A stretch of 64,000 nucleotides of DNA from sequence record ON000910.1. One strand, 5' to 3'. Positions 13,191 through 22,015 of this stretch are shown piece after piece. Below the pieces are notes generated by a model. It saw only the letters and a list, made by a program, of their open reading frames with translations. It was not told the origin of the DNA and did no database searches. Positions within the stretch are counted from its first letter, which is position 1, and the number at the start of each line of letters is the position of its first letter. The position numbers were made by a program, and so were the translations under genes.

Positions 13191-14903
13191 TCGACTAAGC
13201 ATAAACTCAACCGCAGGGGCTAAGATTGTATTGCCTGAGCTTGTTGTATAAGGCCCAAACGTATCAACTGAAAAATCATCACCATTTAAATTACGCAATC
13301 TAATGCGATAGTAACGACTTGAGTTCATATTCAGAATCGTATCAATTAGAAACATCGAACGATCAGTTTGAAGGTCATCCATTCTGAACGCTGAGGTTTC
13401 TTGAGTAAATGCTGATGCTGTTGTTGTATCAGTAGCCGCAGATTCAACCCACGCTATAATTTCAGGATCTGAACCTCCACCTGAACGGTCTATACTAACT
13501 CTTAGATTTATATGCATCGGTTTATCTTCGAGCGGTCTGAAGTTGTCGGATGTCGATGAATACTCAAACAATGCCCCTGTTTCATTTGTTGCTGAAAGTG
13601 GGATTGTACCTTCAGAACCAGTTGCATTCAATGTAAGAACGTTAGTATCAGTGTTACTTGATTTTTGGAATATGATATCTTTGTCAGATATGTACCCTGC
13701 GTCATTACTCAATTCAGAAATATTATCGCCTGCTACTAACGCGTTCGTTTCCAATGCAGTCACGCGAGTGTCCACTGCGTCTAATTCTGGTTGAATTACT
13801 ACTGACTCATCTACGAAACTTCGTATTGTCGGTTTGTTCCATGGAACTGATGTACTTGCGTTACCCCAAACTACAACATCTACATTCGGATTTCTCAATT
13901 CGACTTCTAGTACGTCCTGTGCTCTTATGTCAAACGGTGGTTCTATTAGAACATCAAATTCACCCGGCGTGACATTTATAATCTTAGTTTGGTAATATTC
14001 TATTGAATTTTTATATACGATTACATCAACTTCCCCATATGCGTTGACGAAATCAACCACGACTGAGTATAGCGTGCGATTGTTTGGCATCTGGGCGAGT
14101 TCCCAACGTGGATTTGACAGTTGTGCCGACTTGTCAGAATATTCAGCGACTACTTCTGCGGAACGAACTCTAACTATACCAGTATTTCCTTCATCGTAAG
14201 TTTGCCATAATGGATGAAAGCTTATATTGTCAATTATATTTGTGACTGCGATGTTTTGACCTGATGATGATATCTTGTGTGCATTTGCAAGATATAAGTC
14301 ACCGCTTCCCGACTGTACAGCCGCTAACGAGAATTTGTTTGGGTCATATGCTACTGGGTCGGTTGCGCCGCGCCAATAGTATGAGCTTGCACGACCTGCG
14401 AACTCTTGTACGAATACAGGTAGCCCATTTTTCAATAGCGACTTATTCCCTGAAGTAGAAAAGAACGAGTCTCTTTCTGCAATTGACGCAAATGGTGGTA
14501 TAGAACCTTCGCCTGATGGGCCAACTGGGCCCGGTATTCCCTCGACAATTCTCTGCGAAATCCACTGCGTTCCTGTGTATGTTTGTCTTTCTGCTACTGT
14601 ACCCCCGAGCGAAACGTCTTCATATACGAGGTCAATTGATGATGTAGGGTTATTGACGTAGTAAGCAACCCATGATGGGTTTGATGACGCATGAGCGTCT
14701 CTTAGAGCTATTGCTGCGTCTCTGTCTCCTGTACCTGCGTCAAATGAATTTGGAGTAATCCCAAGTGGGAATGGGGTTAATGAATCCTCTGGGATTATTT
14801 CCCATTCTTCATCCTTTCGCCCGTATAATAATCCGTTTACAGGGGCTTCTTCGATATATTGTGGTAGTGATTGCCCACCGCCGGGTAAATTAATCGAACT
14901 CAT
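13188..14903 (-). CDS. Putative virion fibre/whisker protein
   Basis: N-terminal foldon-like EAPVNGLLYGRKDEEW, short collagen-like GIPGPVGPSG, beta-rich body. Confidence 0.6.
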   Translation of the reverse strand: MSSINLPGGGQSLPQYIEEAPVNGLLYGRKDEEWEIIPEDSLTPFPLGITPNSFDAGTGDRDAAIALRDAHASSNPSWVAYYVNNPTSSIDLVYEDVSLGGTVAERQTYTGTQWISQRIVEGIPGPVGPSGEGSIPPFASIAERDSFFSTSGNKSLLKNGLPVFVQEFAGRASSYYWRGATDPVAYDPNKFSLAAVQSGSGDLYLANAHKISSSGQNIAVTNIIDNISFHPLWQTYDEGNTGIVRVRSAEVVAEYSDKSAQLSNPRWELAQMPNNRTLYSVVVDFVNAYGEVDVIVYKNSIEYYQTKIINVTPGEFDVLIEPPFDIRAQDVLEVELRNPNVDVVVWGNASTSVPWNKPTIRSFVDESVVIQPELDAVDTRVTALETNALVAGDNISELSNDAGYISDKDIIFQKSSNTDTNVLTLNATGSEGTIPLSATNETGALFEYSSTSDNFRPLEDKPMHINLRVSIDRSGGGSDPEIIAWVESAATDTTTASAFTQETSAFRMDDLQTDRSMFLIDTILNMNSSRYYRIRLRNLNGDDFSVDTFGPYTTSSGNTILAPAVEFMLSR

Positions 14904-14912
14904 GATATTTCC

Positions 14913-15251
14913 TTAATATACTAATGTGCAACCAGAAATTGAACTGAACCAAATTCTAGTGCTAGTGTTGAATAGATTGCCTTGCGCCTCATAGTGCCCG
15001 TTGTTGGCAACTAATATGAAATCTTCAGGAAACAACGGCAACGGGTCTTCTGGGTCTTCTGGTCTTGTTTTTTCATACCATCTCCCGCCAAACGCAATTT
15101 GAACGTCACCGTATGTCGCGAGTACTGAAAAATAGTTCCCGTCTCGTTGTTGTGGGTGAGTCATGTCTAGATCTGCATAATACTGACCTGCTGGTATATA
15201 AATGCTTCTTCGACTTCGCTTCTCAGGGAGGTTAACTTTAGTGAAAGCCAT
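14913..15251 (-). CDS. Hypothetical protein, co-transcribed with the fibre gene
   Basis: GAGG SD; probable late promoter AATAAATA upstream. Confidence 0.65.
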   Translation of the reverse strand: MAFTKVNLPEKRSRRSIYIPAGQYYADLDMTHPQQRDGNYFSVLATYGDVQIAFGGRWYEKTRPEDPEDPLPLFPEDFILVANNGHYEAQGNLFNTSTRIWFSSISGCTLVY

Positions 15252-15319
15252 GTTACACCTCTTTTATGTTTACTTCTGTTATTTATTATCATAGAGTGAA
15301 CGTATGACATAGGAGCAAT

Positions 15320-15700
15320 GTGATGTACAAAAACAGAAAACGAGTTTCAATTTACAAGATGAAACGTGTCGCACAAAAGCCTGATGCTGATGTATTCTTT
15401 CAAATGAGTCAGTATGAGCATTTGAACAATAACAGCGTTAAAATTACGAATAAGCTAACAGCCTTCGTGATTCATGGTCTATTTCTTTACAGAACCGTCG
15501 TAGACCGTTCTCAAGCCGATGACCCTCATACTATGTGTGAAAGACTTGAATTCGTCTCACAAGACGCTCTATCGCGTTATATGAGCATGGGTAATAGACG
15601 ACGTAAGCGATTCAGTTTAGATGATGTTCTTTACGGAAATGACCAATGTGCATTCGATAAAGAAATCGGGTTGACTATAGCTTACTCTAGGTTATTCTAA
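15320..15700 (+). CDS. Hypothetical protein
   Basis: AGGAG SD. Confidence 0.65.
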   Translation: MMYKNRKRVSIYKMKRVAQKPDADVFFQMSQYEHLNNNSVKITNKLTAFVIHGLFLYRTVVDRSQADDPHTMCERLEFVSQDALSRYMSMGNRRRKRFSLDDVLYGNDQCAFDKEIGLTIAYSRLF

Positions 15701-15732
15701 ATACAGTTGAACTCAAACAATTGGAGATAGCC

Positions 15733-15939
15733 ATGAGTGATAAAACATTCGACAAGTTCATGTCTGAACTACAAGAACAGCAACCTGAAGACAAAAAGAA
15801 AAAGAAGCGTTCTGTTAAAGATCGTGTGAAGTCAGGTGCTAAGAAAGCAGGTAAAGCTGCTAAAACTGGTGCTAAAGTAGCCGCTGGTGCTGCTGCGGTA
15901 GGTCTTGCAACACAAGTAACGAAGAAATCTAACGAATAA
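15733..15939 (+). CDS. Small Lys/Ala-rich basic protein
   Basis: GGAG SD; KKKKKR and AKKAGKAAK tracts. Confidence 0.65.
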   Translation: MSDKTFDKFMSELQEQQPEDKKKKKRSVKDRVKSGAKKAGKAAKTGAKVAAGAAAVGLATQVTKKSNE

Positions 15940-16172
15940 TGAAGAACATTCATCAAAAGACTCATGCTCGTGAAGGGCGTGGTTCTGGCAATGGGTATAA
16001 TGAAAATTGGCGCAATGCACCTCTTTGGAAGAACATTGGTCCCAATGCTGAAAAGATTAAAAAGGAAGCAGAAACTGAAGACGCAGAGAAAGACGAAGAG
16101 GTTAAGAAACCAAGCCTCGATGAGTTATCGCAGCGTGAGCGTATGCGCCGTTTACAAAGCATAGCGCATTAA
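15939..16172 (+). CDS. Hypothetical charged protein
   Basis: Start overlaps upstream stop (TAATG). Confidence 0.6.
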   Translation: MKNIHQKTHAREGRGSGNGYNENWRNAPLWKNIGPNAEKIKKEAETEDAEKDEEVKKPSLDELSQRERMRRLQSIAH

Positions 16173-16196
16173 TCTGAATTGGCGTAACTTCTCAGT

Positions 16197-16241
16197 GGGA
16201 GATATGTGGTCAAGGCAATAGGTTCGATTCCTGTGTCTCCC
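16197..16241 (+). pseudogene. tRNA remnant / minihelix (acceptor stem and T arm only)
   Basis: GGGAGAT/GTCTCCC plus ATAGG-TTCGATT-CCTGT, 14-nt linker, no CCA. Confidence 0.5.
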
Positions 16242-16270
16242 GTATTCTATTAACTAAGAGGTGAGCAATC

Positions 16271-16483
16271 ATGGAAATACTTTCTGAAGAAACACTAAAA
16301 AGCATGGAATTGTCTGAAGTTTGCAAAGTACGCAAAACGCTTAATAAATTTATTGCACGTCTGCGCAAAGATTTTCGAGACTTTCAATGTAACCGAGTTG
16401 ATGAGAAATATTATAAAGAACATCTTATGTACTCCACGATTGTAGATCGAATGATCGAAAAAAAGTTACGCCATTCACACTAA
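16271..16483 (+). CDS. Hypothetical protein
   Basis: GAGGTG SD. Confidence 0.65.
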   Translation: MEILSEETLKSMELSEVCKVRKTLNKFIARLRKDFRDFQCNRVDEKYYKEHLMYSTIVDRMIEKKLRHSH

Positions 16484-16485
16484 CA

Positions 16486-16512
16486 AAAAAGCCCCTTAAT
16501 TGGGGCTTTTAT
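16486..16512. terminator. Bidirectional terminator
   Basis: AAAAAAGCCCC-TTAATT-GGGGCTTTT between convergent genes. Confidence 0.85.
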
Positions 16513-16514
16513 TT

Positions 16515-16886
16515 TTATAGCTTATGTTGAATCATTAGCTCATGTAAACCTTCAACTGCAAAATCATTCAGCCTATCTAGCTCGACATCTAACTTGTCCA
16601 TTGCCATTCTTAGTTCATCACTAATACCTTTCTTATAGCGTAGCTTATTGATCAGCCTCTTCGCGTCTAACACGTTCATCTTGATGTGTTCGTAATTATA
16701 TCGCACTGCTTCATATCGATATTTGTTTTGCTTGGCTTTCTGTTCGATATGCAACAATTTAGTGTGCATCTTGGCTAGTTTCTTAATGCTGCGCGAGTCA
16801 GCCCCTGCTTTGTATCTAGACCATTGTCTTTCAAACCAACCTTCGTTTAGGTACTCTTCAAAAGATTTTATTTTTTCGTCATTCAT
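16515..16886 (-). CDS. Putative internal head protein
   Basis: KIKSFEEYLNE capsid-targeting-like N-terminus; GATAAATA late-promoter variant upstream. Confidence 0.55.
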   Translation of the reverse strand: MNDEKIKSFEEYLNEGWFERQWSRYKAGADSRSIKKLAKMHTKLLHIEQKAKQNKYRYEAVRYNYEHIKMNVLDAKRLINKLRYKKGISDELRMAMDKLDVELDRLNDFAVEGLHELMIQHKL

Positions 16887-16951
16887 GTGTTGACTTCCTG
16901 TTGTTAAACCTGTATCATGTATTTATCGGAAATAACTAACGAGAATTTACT

Positions 16952-17299
16952 ATGTTTGTAATGATTGATGATATGCGTGATATCGATAATTTCACTGCGC
17001 CTGAAATTTCCGCAGATCAGAAGCTTGTTTTGCGTACGTATGAAGACGGTATGAAATTCGTCAAACATACGAATCTTACAGATATTACTTTATTCATGGA
17101 CAATGATCTAGGCGGTGCTCTTGGTCATGAGGGATATGATATTCTCTCTCATGCAATTGATCATCGTAACTTCCCACGCACAGTTGTTCTAGTAACGAGT
17201 AACCCTGTTGCTCACTCTAAGATGACTATGATGTTGATGAACACACTTCAATATAAACGTGTGGGTTCTATCTTTATGAGGCAAGATACATGCACTTAA
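16952..17299 (+). CDS. Cyclic-phosphate-processing receiver-like (cREC) domain protein
   Basis: IDD.R, LF.DNDLG, GYDIL, V.SNPV motifs of the stand-alone phage receiver family. Confidence 0.65.
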   Translation: MFVMIDDMRDIDNFTAPEISADQKLVLRTYEDGMKFVKHTNLTDITLFMDNDLGGALGHEGYDILSHAIDHRNFPRTVVLVTSNPVAHSKMTMMLMNTLQYKRVGSIFMRQDTCT

Positions 17300-17655
17300 A
17301 CGTAATTTCTGCTGCTGCAAATGCAATTAGAGTCACTTTACCAAATGGCGAAGAGAGGGATATTGTTGTTGCAGATAGCTGCCATTTTGGTCGAAACATG
17401 CAAGGCGTGTTTAAGCTATTGAAAGAACTTGGCTGTACATATGAACATCGAAGCGAACTTGGTGATCGTGGGCAGGGATTCATCAATTATTGTGGTGAAT
17501 ACTTCAATCGCGCTGATGCTTATGAACTCGCGAAAGAAAGCGGTCAACCATTCAATGATGGGTACACGCTACCAGATATTGACGGTGATGGTCGTCTGCG
17601 TCTCGATAGTTCATGCATTCGACATTTTTCAAAACCAATTAAGGAATATCTATGA
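17290..17655 (+). CDS. Conserved phage hypothetical protein
   Basis: HF..N..., QGF....G.YF.R..AY.LA..SGQ pattern. Confidence 0.65.
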   Translation: MHLNVISAAANAIRVTLPNGEERDIVVADSCHFGRNMQGVFKLLKELGCTYEHRSELGDRGQGFINYCGEYFNRADAYELAKESGQPFNDGYTLPDIDGDGRLRLDSSCIRHFSKPIKEYL

Positions 17656-17987
17656 GCAATCTATATGATATTTTAACTCAACGAGTCAAGCAGAATCGTT
17701 CAAAACGCGAAGAATTGTTCGTCGTTGAAATGCGTAAATCAATTGAGCGTAAGATCGGTGGTGTTTCGGGATTTCAGTTCCCGATTACGATTCAAGTTAA
17801 TCTTGAACGAAATGAATGTTGTGATGAAATGATGACTCTCATCAAGAGTGTCATGCGACGTGAGGGATTTCACAATTTCGATGCACAGTTCGGTCATTAT
17901 TCTGGCGACCCTCGTGATGTGAGAGACTATTCATATTCTTTTGTGAAATTGACAATTCGAGAAAATAAACAAGCGGGGTTTCAATGA
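17652..17987 (+). CDS. Hypothetical protein
   Basis: ATGA-coupled ORF. Confidence 0.65.
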   Translation: MSNLYDILTQRVKQNRSKREELFVVEMRKSIERKIGGVSGFQFPITIQVNLERNECCDEMMTLIKSVMRREGFHNFDAQFGHYSGDPRDVRDYSYSFVKLTIRENKQAGFQ

Positions 17988-18298
17988 TGCTTAGTCATGA
18001 CGAACTTTCAAAACAAATTAATCAACGAGAGCAAATAGCTCGTAAAGTTCTTAGCGAACATTATAATGGCGAGTGTGAAAAAGAATTCACACATGCAGTT
18101 GAAAACGGGGCTTTTTTCCCGATTAAAATCAAAGTACCAATTCACATTAGTGATTGTGATAAGAAAGGTTCTGGTTTCATTCGTGCATTCTTTGAACAGT
18201 ACGGCTACCGAAATTTACGCACTTGCTATGAATCTGGTGGTTATGTATCTGTTGAGATATACAAAAATGGTACGAATATCAGTCGTAATTATCGATAA
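17984..18298 (+). CDS. Hypothetical protein
   Basis: ATGA-coupled ORF. Confidence 0.65.
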   Translation: MMLSHDELSKQINQREQIARKVLSEHYNGECEKEFTHAVENGAFFPIKIKVPIHISDCDKKGSGFIRAFFEQYGYRNLRTCYESGGYVSVEIYKNGTNISRNYR

Positions 18299-18301
18299 TT
18301 G

Positions 18302-18394
18302 AAAAAAAGTGTTTACACGCATTAAAATTCGCGTATAATCACTTCATCAAAGACATTTTACAGCAATTAATTATGAGGAAATGAACAATGTCAG
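18302..18394 (+). promoter_or_regulatory. Early promoter plus GCAA-motif leader enclosing SD and AUG of the Ro60-like gene
   Basis: GTTTAC (18311)-17 bp-TATAAT (18334); A-GACATT-TT-ACAGCAA-TTAATT-ATGAGGAAATGAAC-AATGTC-AG, with ATG 18388 inside the 3' strand. Confidence 0.8.
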
Positions 18395-19824
18395 TATTTA
18401 TGAACGCAATGCAAACAAACGATTCACGCACAGCAAACGGTGCAGTTACTCACAGCACTTCAGGTAACGAGTGTCTAAACTTGTTCTTCGGTATTGCTGC
18501 TATGCGTGGCAACGATCAGTCTAAAACACTGTTCGGTCGTGCGTTTGCAGAAAACCCAGAACTAGCGACACGCATTCTTTTGTGGTCTCGTGATGTTCGC
18601 GGTGGTGCGGGTGAACGTGGTACTTTCCGTACTCTATTCACTAAACTTTGTAATGAACAGCCTGACGTAGCTCGTGCTGTAATGTCGAAAATTCCAGAAC
18701 TAGGTCGTTACGATGACTTAATTTCTGCTTTCGGTACACGTCTTGAACAAGATGCGATCACAATGTGGTCGAACGCAATTGTCAATGACAAGAATGGTCT
18801 TGCTGCGAAGTGGTTCCCACGTGAAAACAGCAAAAACGGTCATGTGTTCAAGCGCACAATCAAGTCTCTTGGCGTGACTGCGAAGCAGTGGCGTAAGATT
18901 CTGTCGCTTCTGTCTGACACTGTTGAGCAGAAGATGTGTGCGCAAAAATGGGATGCAATCGACTTCGGTAAGTTGCCTTCTGTAGCGTCTGCTCGTTATC
19001 AACAAGCATTCGGTCGTAACGCTTCAGCTCGTTACACAAGCTACATCGAGTCACTTCAAAAAGGTGAAGCGAAGATCAACGCTGGCGCATTGTTCCCATA
19101 CGATGTCGTTAAGAGCGTTAGTCACGGTAATGCGTCTGTAGCGAACGAGCAATGGAAAGCTCTGCCAAACTACATGGAAGGTTCTGATGAGCGCATCATC
19201 CCTGTTGTTGACGTGTCTGGCTCTATGAGCACGCCAATCAACGCAGGTACTGATCATTCAGGTGTGACTTGTAAGCAAGTTGCAATGTCTCTGGGTGTAT
19301 ATGTTGCTGAACGCAACGAAGGCATCTTCAAAGATCAATTCATTTCGTTCTCAAGCGACCCGCACTTCCACCAGTTGCGCGGTAGCTCATTGAAAGAGCG
19401 TCTTGATAACATGAATCGTTCAGGCGAAGACATGAGTACGAACATCGGTAAGTGCTTTGATGTTCTGCTAGAGCGTGCGAAGCGTGCAAATCTTTCACAA
19501 GAAGATATGCCAACCAAGTTGCTTATCATGAGTGACATGGAATTCGATCAAGCAAACACTGGTGGTGGTTGGTACGGTCGCGGTGAACCTGCGAACTTCG
19601 ATGCAATCAAAGCCAAGTACGCACGTGCTGGTTATGAAATGCCACAACTGGTCTTCTGGAACATTCGTGGTCGTCTTGGCAACGTTCCGGTTAAAGCTGG
19701 TGAAGCGGGTACTGCACTGGTATCTGGTTGTAGCCCATCTATCTTGACTTCACTGTTGGGTGGTGAGCTTGAGCCAATCAAGATCATGATGAAAACTGTA
19801 GGCGTCGAACGCTACAGCTTTTAA
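18388..19824 (+). CDS. DUF2828 family TROVE/Ro60-like protein with C-terminal vWA (MIDAS) domain
   Basis: T.NGA..HSTSG, RDVRGG.GER..FR, AAKW.PRE, KINAGALFPYD, PVVDVSGSM, SDMEFD, P.LVFWN motifs. Confidence 0.85.
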   Translation: MSVFMNAMQTNDSRTANGAVTHSTSGNECLNLFFGIAAMRGNDQSKTLFGRAFAENPELATRILLWSRDVRGGAGERGTFRTLFTKLCNEQPDVARAVMSKIPELGRYDDLISAFGTRLEQDAITMWSNAIVNDKNGLAAKWFPRENSKNGHVFKRTIKSLGVTAKQWRKILSLLSDTVEQKMCAQKWDAIDFGKLPSVASARYQQAFGRNASARYTSYIESLQKGEAKINAGALFPYDVVKSVSHGNASVANEQWKALPNYMEGSDERIIPVVDVSGSMSTPINAGTDHSGVTCKQVAMSLGVYVAERNEGIFKDQFISFSSDPHFHQLRGSSLKERLDNMNRSGEDMSTNIGKCFDVLLERAKRANLSQEDMPTKLLIMSDMEFDQANTGGGWYGRGEPANFDAIKAKYARAGYEMPQLVFWNIRGRLGNVPVKAGEAGTALVSGCSPSILTSLLGGELEPIKIMMKTVGVERYSF

Positions 19825-19873
19825 ATAAGTGATAAGGGCGGCATTGTGCTGCCCTTTTTTGTAAGAGGTGAAA

Positions 19874-20398
19874 ATGTTCGATTGGGAAGCGATAGAAACA
19901 GCTATCAATAACAGTCATCCAAATAGCACAATATACGTTGGGTGTGATAGTAAGCGTAAAAGTGACATGATTAGTTACGCGACTGTGATCATAATTCATC
20001 TTGAAGGTAGTAAAGGTGCTCAAGTGTTTAAAGCAGTTGAGACTGAACCTGCATACTTATCATGTAAAGATGGTATCAGAAGTCGATTGATGAATGAAGT
20101 ATACAAAGCGGGTGAAACTGCACTAATGGTTAAGCCAATGTGCGGTACTAGAGGCTTTGAAGTTCACGTTGACATCAACCCTGACCCCACACACAAATCT
20201 CACGTTGCCTATAACGAAGCTAAAGGTACTATATTGGGATATGTTGGTCAAGAGCCCGTGTTCAAACCTGATGCGTTTGCTGCGTCTTGTGCTGCTGATT
20301 ACGACGCAGTTCGAAGGGCAGATAAAATCGCTAAACGAAAAGAACTTAGACGAGCTAAACGAAAAGCAAAGAAACAAAAAACAAAAGGGCGCAAATAG
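19874..20398 (+). CDS. YkuK/DUF458 RNase H-like protein
   Basis: IYVGCDS, YATVIIIH, RLMNEV, EVHVDIN, KPDAFAASCAAD motifs; basic C-terminal tail. Confidence 0.75.
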   Translation: MFDWEAIETAINNSHPNSTIYVGCDSKRKSDMISYATVIIIHLEGSKGAQVFKAVETEPAYLSCKDGIRSRLMNEVYKAGETALMVKPMCGTRGFEVHVDINPDPTHKSHVAYNEAKGTILGYVGQEPVFKPDAFAASCAADYDAVRRADKIAKRKELRRAKRKAKKQKTKGRK

Positions 20399-20465
20399 CG
20401 CCCTTTTTTACGGCTATACTAAATACTGTCATATATTCTAATTTCACATACATGGAATAACGCTA

Positions 20466-22004
20466 ATGGCAGAATTAAGATCAACTACCGCAATCGGCGG
20501 TAAACTAGTTTGGCACGGAGGTAATTTACGATTTGACCCACAAGGTGAAACTGTTCTTTACAACGGCTACAAAATTTATACAGAACATGACAAGCCAGAC
20601 CCGCATACCGATTTAACCGAATCTGTTGTTAAGCGTGCTGGTGATTCAATGTCGGGTGAATTGAAAGTTAATGCACTCGGCGAAGTAATGAGATTTGATG
20701 GTGGTTACTCGGATGGTCAAGGTGACAATCTTGGGGGCGCTGACGCATGGATTTATATAGGTAATAATGCATATGCGTGGAATTTGAAATATCGTGGTAC
20801 TTCATCTGGCAATGACGGCAACGAATTCATGATTGAATCTGATCAATCAGGTAGATACTGGTCGTTTGATCATCTCGGTAATATGGAATATTACGATGGT
20901 TCAACTCATCGAACTATGCTGCATACCGGGAATCAGTCTTTACTTGACGGTCGATTTATAAATGCGTCTGGTGATTCAATGACGGGTGTTTTCAATACGT
21001 TGACTGCGCCAGAGACTAACGAAGGGTCTAGACAACTTCGTTTCCCTTCATCTAGACCGTGGAACTTTCAGACTCGCGGTATCGGTGCTGGGGCGGTGTT
21101 ATATCTTTCAAGTGAAAGTACCGACAAAGCATTCAAAATCGAAGATAGTAGTCAGATAACTGCATTGACAGTTGGTGTTGGTGCAAATTCATATGTGGAC
21201 GCTGAACGTGAATTGAGGGAACGAGGTAATCGAGTATTCAGCCCAAATAACAGAAACATCACTGACTCGGTTAGCACAACAAGCTCGACTGTATATGCAT
21301 CTGCGACTGCCGCTAAGACAGCAAATGATAACGCGAATACTCGTGTTCTTAAATCAGGTGATACGATGTCTGGGCATTTATTGTTTGATGTGGGATTTGG
21401 TATTCGTCGAACAAGCGAGTACTTCTTAGATTTCAATAGTACTGATATTCACATGTCATCTATCGGTGACATTACAATTGAAGCTGACTCAAACGACAAT
21501 GAAACGACTCGTCATTTGAACTTGATTGCTGGGTTAAACTCGTTGACTATTGATGGTGGTGCTCAGAACAGTGCAAGTGCATTAAAGTTCAATTCTAATA
21601 CTGTACTACACACTGGAAACTACACGACAAATCTAGACGGTCGGTACGTAAACGCCGCTGGCGACTCGATGACTGGTAACCTGACGATGAATGAAAATCT
21701 CATTTACGGTTCATCTACAAGTCGCTATCTGAAGTTAAGTAGTGACACTGAACTTGTTACTCCTGCAAGCGTGTTTATTTCAGCGGATACCGACTCTAGT
21801 AGCACTGTAGAAGCGGTTAATTTAGAAGCGGGTGTTAACATATTAAAAATCAAGTCAAACGCTGCTGCGACGCATACAGACAATATAACGTATAACGGTA
21901 GCGTAGTTCAGCACGATGGTCGAAGTGAAATGAAATTCGACGACGGTGCAGCGTCGATTGTGTATAACTCAACGAGTGAATCAATCGACTTTATTTTCTC
22001 ATAA
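20466..22004 (+). CDS. 36: Long tail fibre subunit with gp36-like N-terminus
   Basis: MAELRSTTAIGG..WHGGN..FDP.G...Y..YKIYTEHDKP matches the T4 gp36 N-terminus; V..AGDSMTG repeats. Confidence 0.7.
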   Translation: MAELRSTTAIGGKLVWHGGNLRFDPQGETVLYNGYKIYTEHDKPDPHTDLTESVVKRAGDSMSGELKVNALGEVMRFDGGYSDGQGDNLGGADAWIYIGNNAYAWNLKYRGTSSGNDGNEFMIESDQSGRYWSFDHLGNMEYYDGSTHRTMLHTGNQSLLDGRFINASGDSMTGVFNTLTAPETNEGSRQLRFPSSRPWNFQTRGIGAGAVLYLSSESTDKAFKIEDSSQITALTVGVGANSYVDAERELRERGNRVFSPNNRNITDSVSTTSSTVYASATAAKTANDNANTRVLKSGDTMSGHLLFDVGFGIRRTSEYFLDFNSTDIHMSSIGDITIEADSNDNETTRHLNLIAGLNSLTIDGGAQNSASALKFNSNTVLHTGNYTTNLDGRYVNAAGDSMTGNLTMNENLIYGSSTSRYLKLSSDTELVTPASVFISADTDSSSTVEAVNLEAGVNILKIKSNAAATHTDNITYNGSVVQHDGRSEMKFDDGAASIVYNSTSESIDFIFS

Positions 22005-22015
22005 GGTGAATTTAT

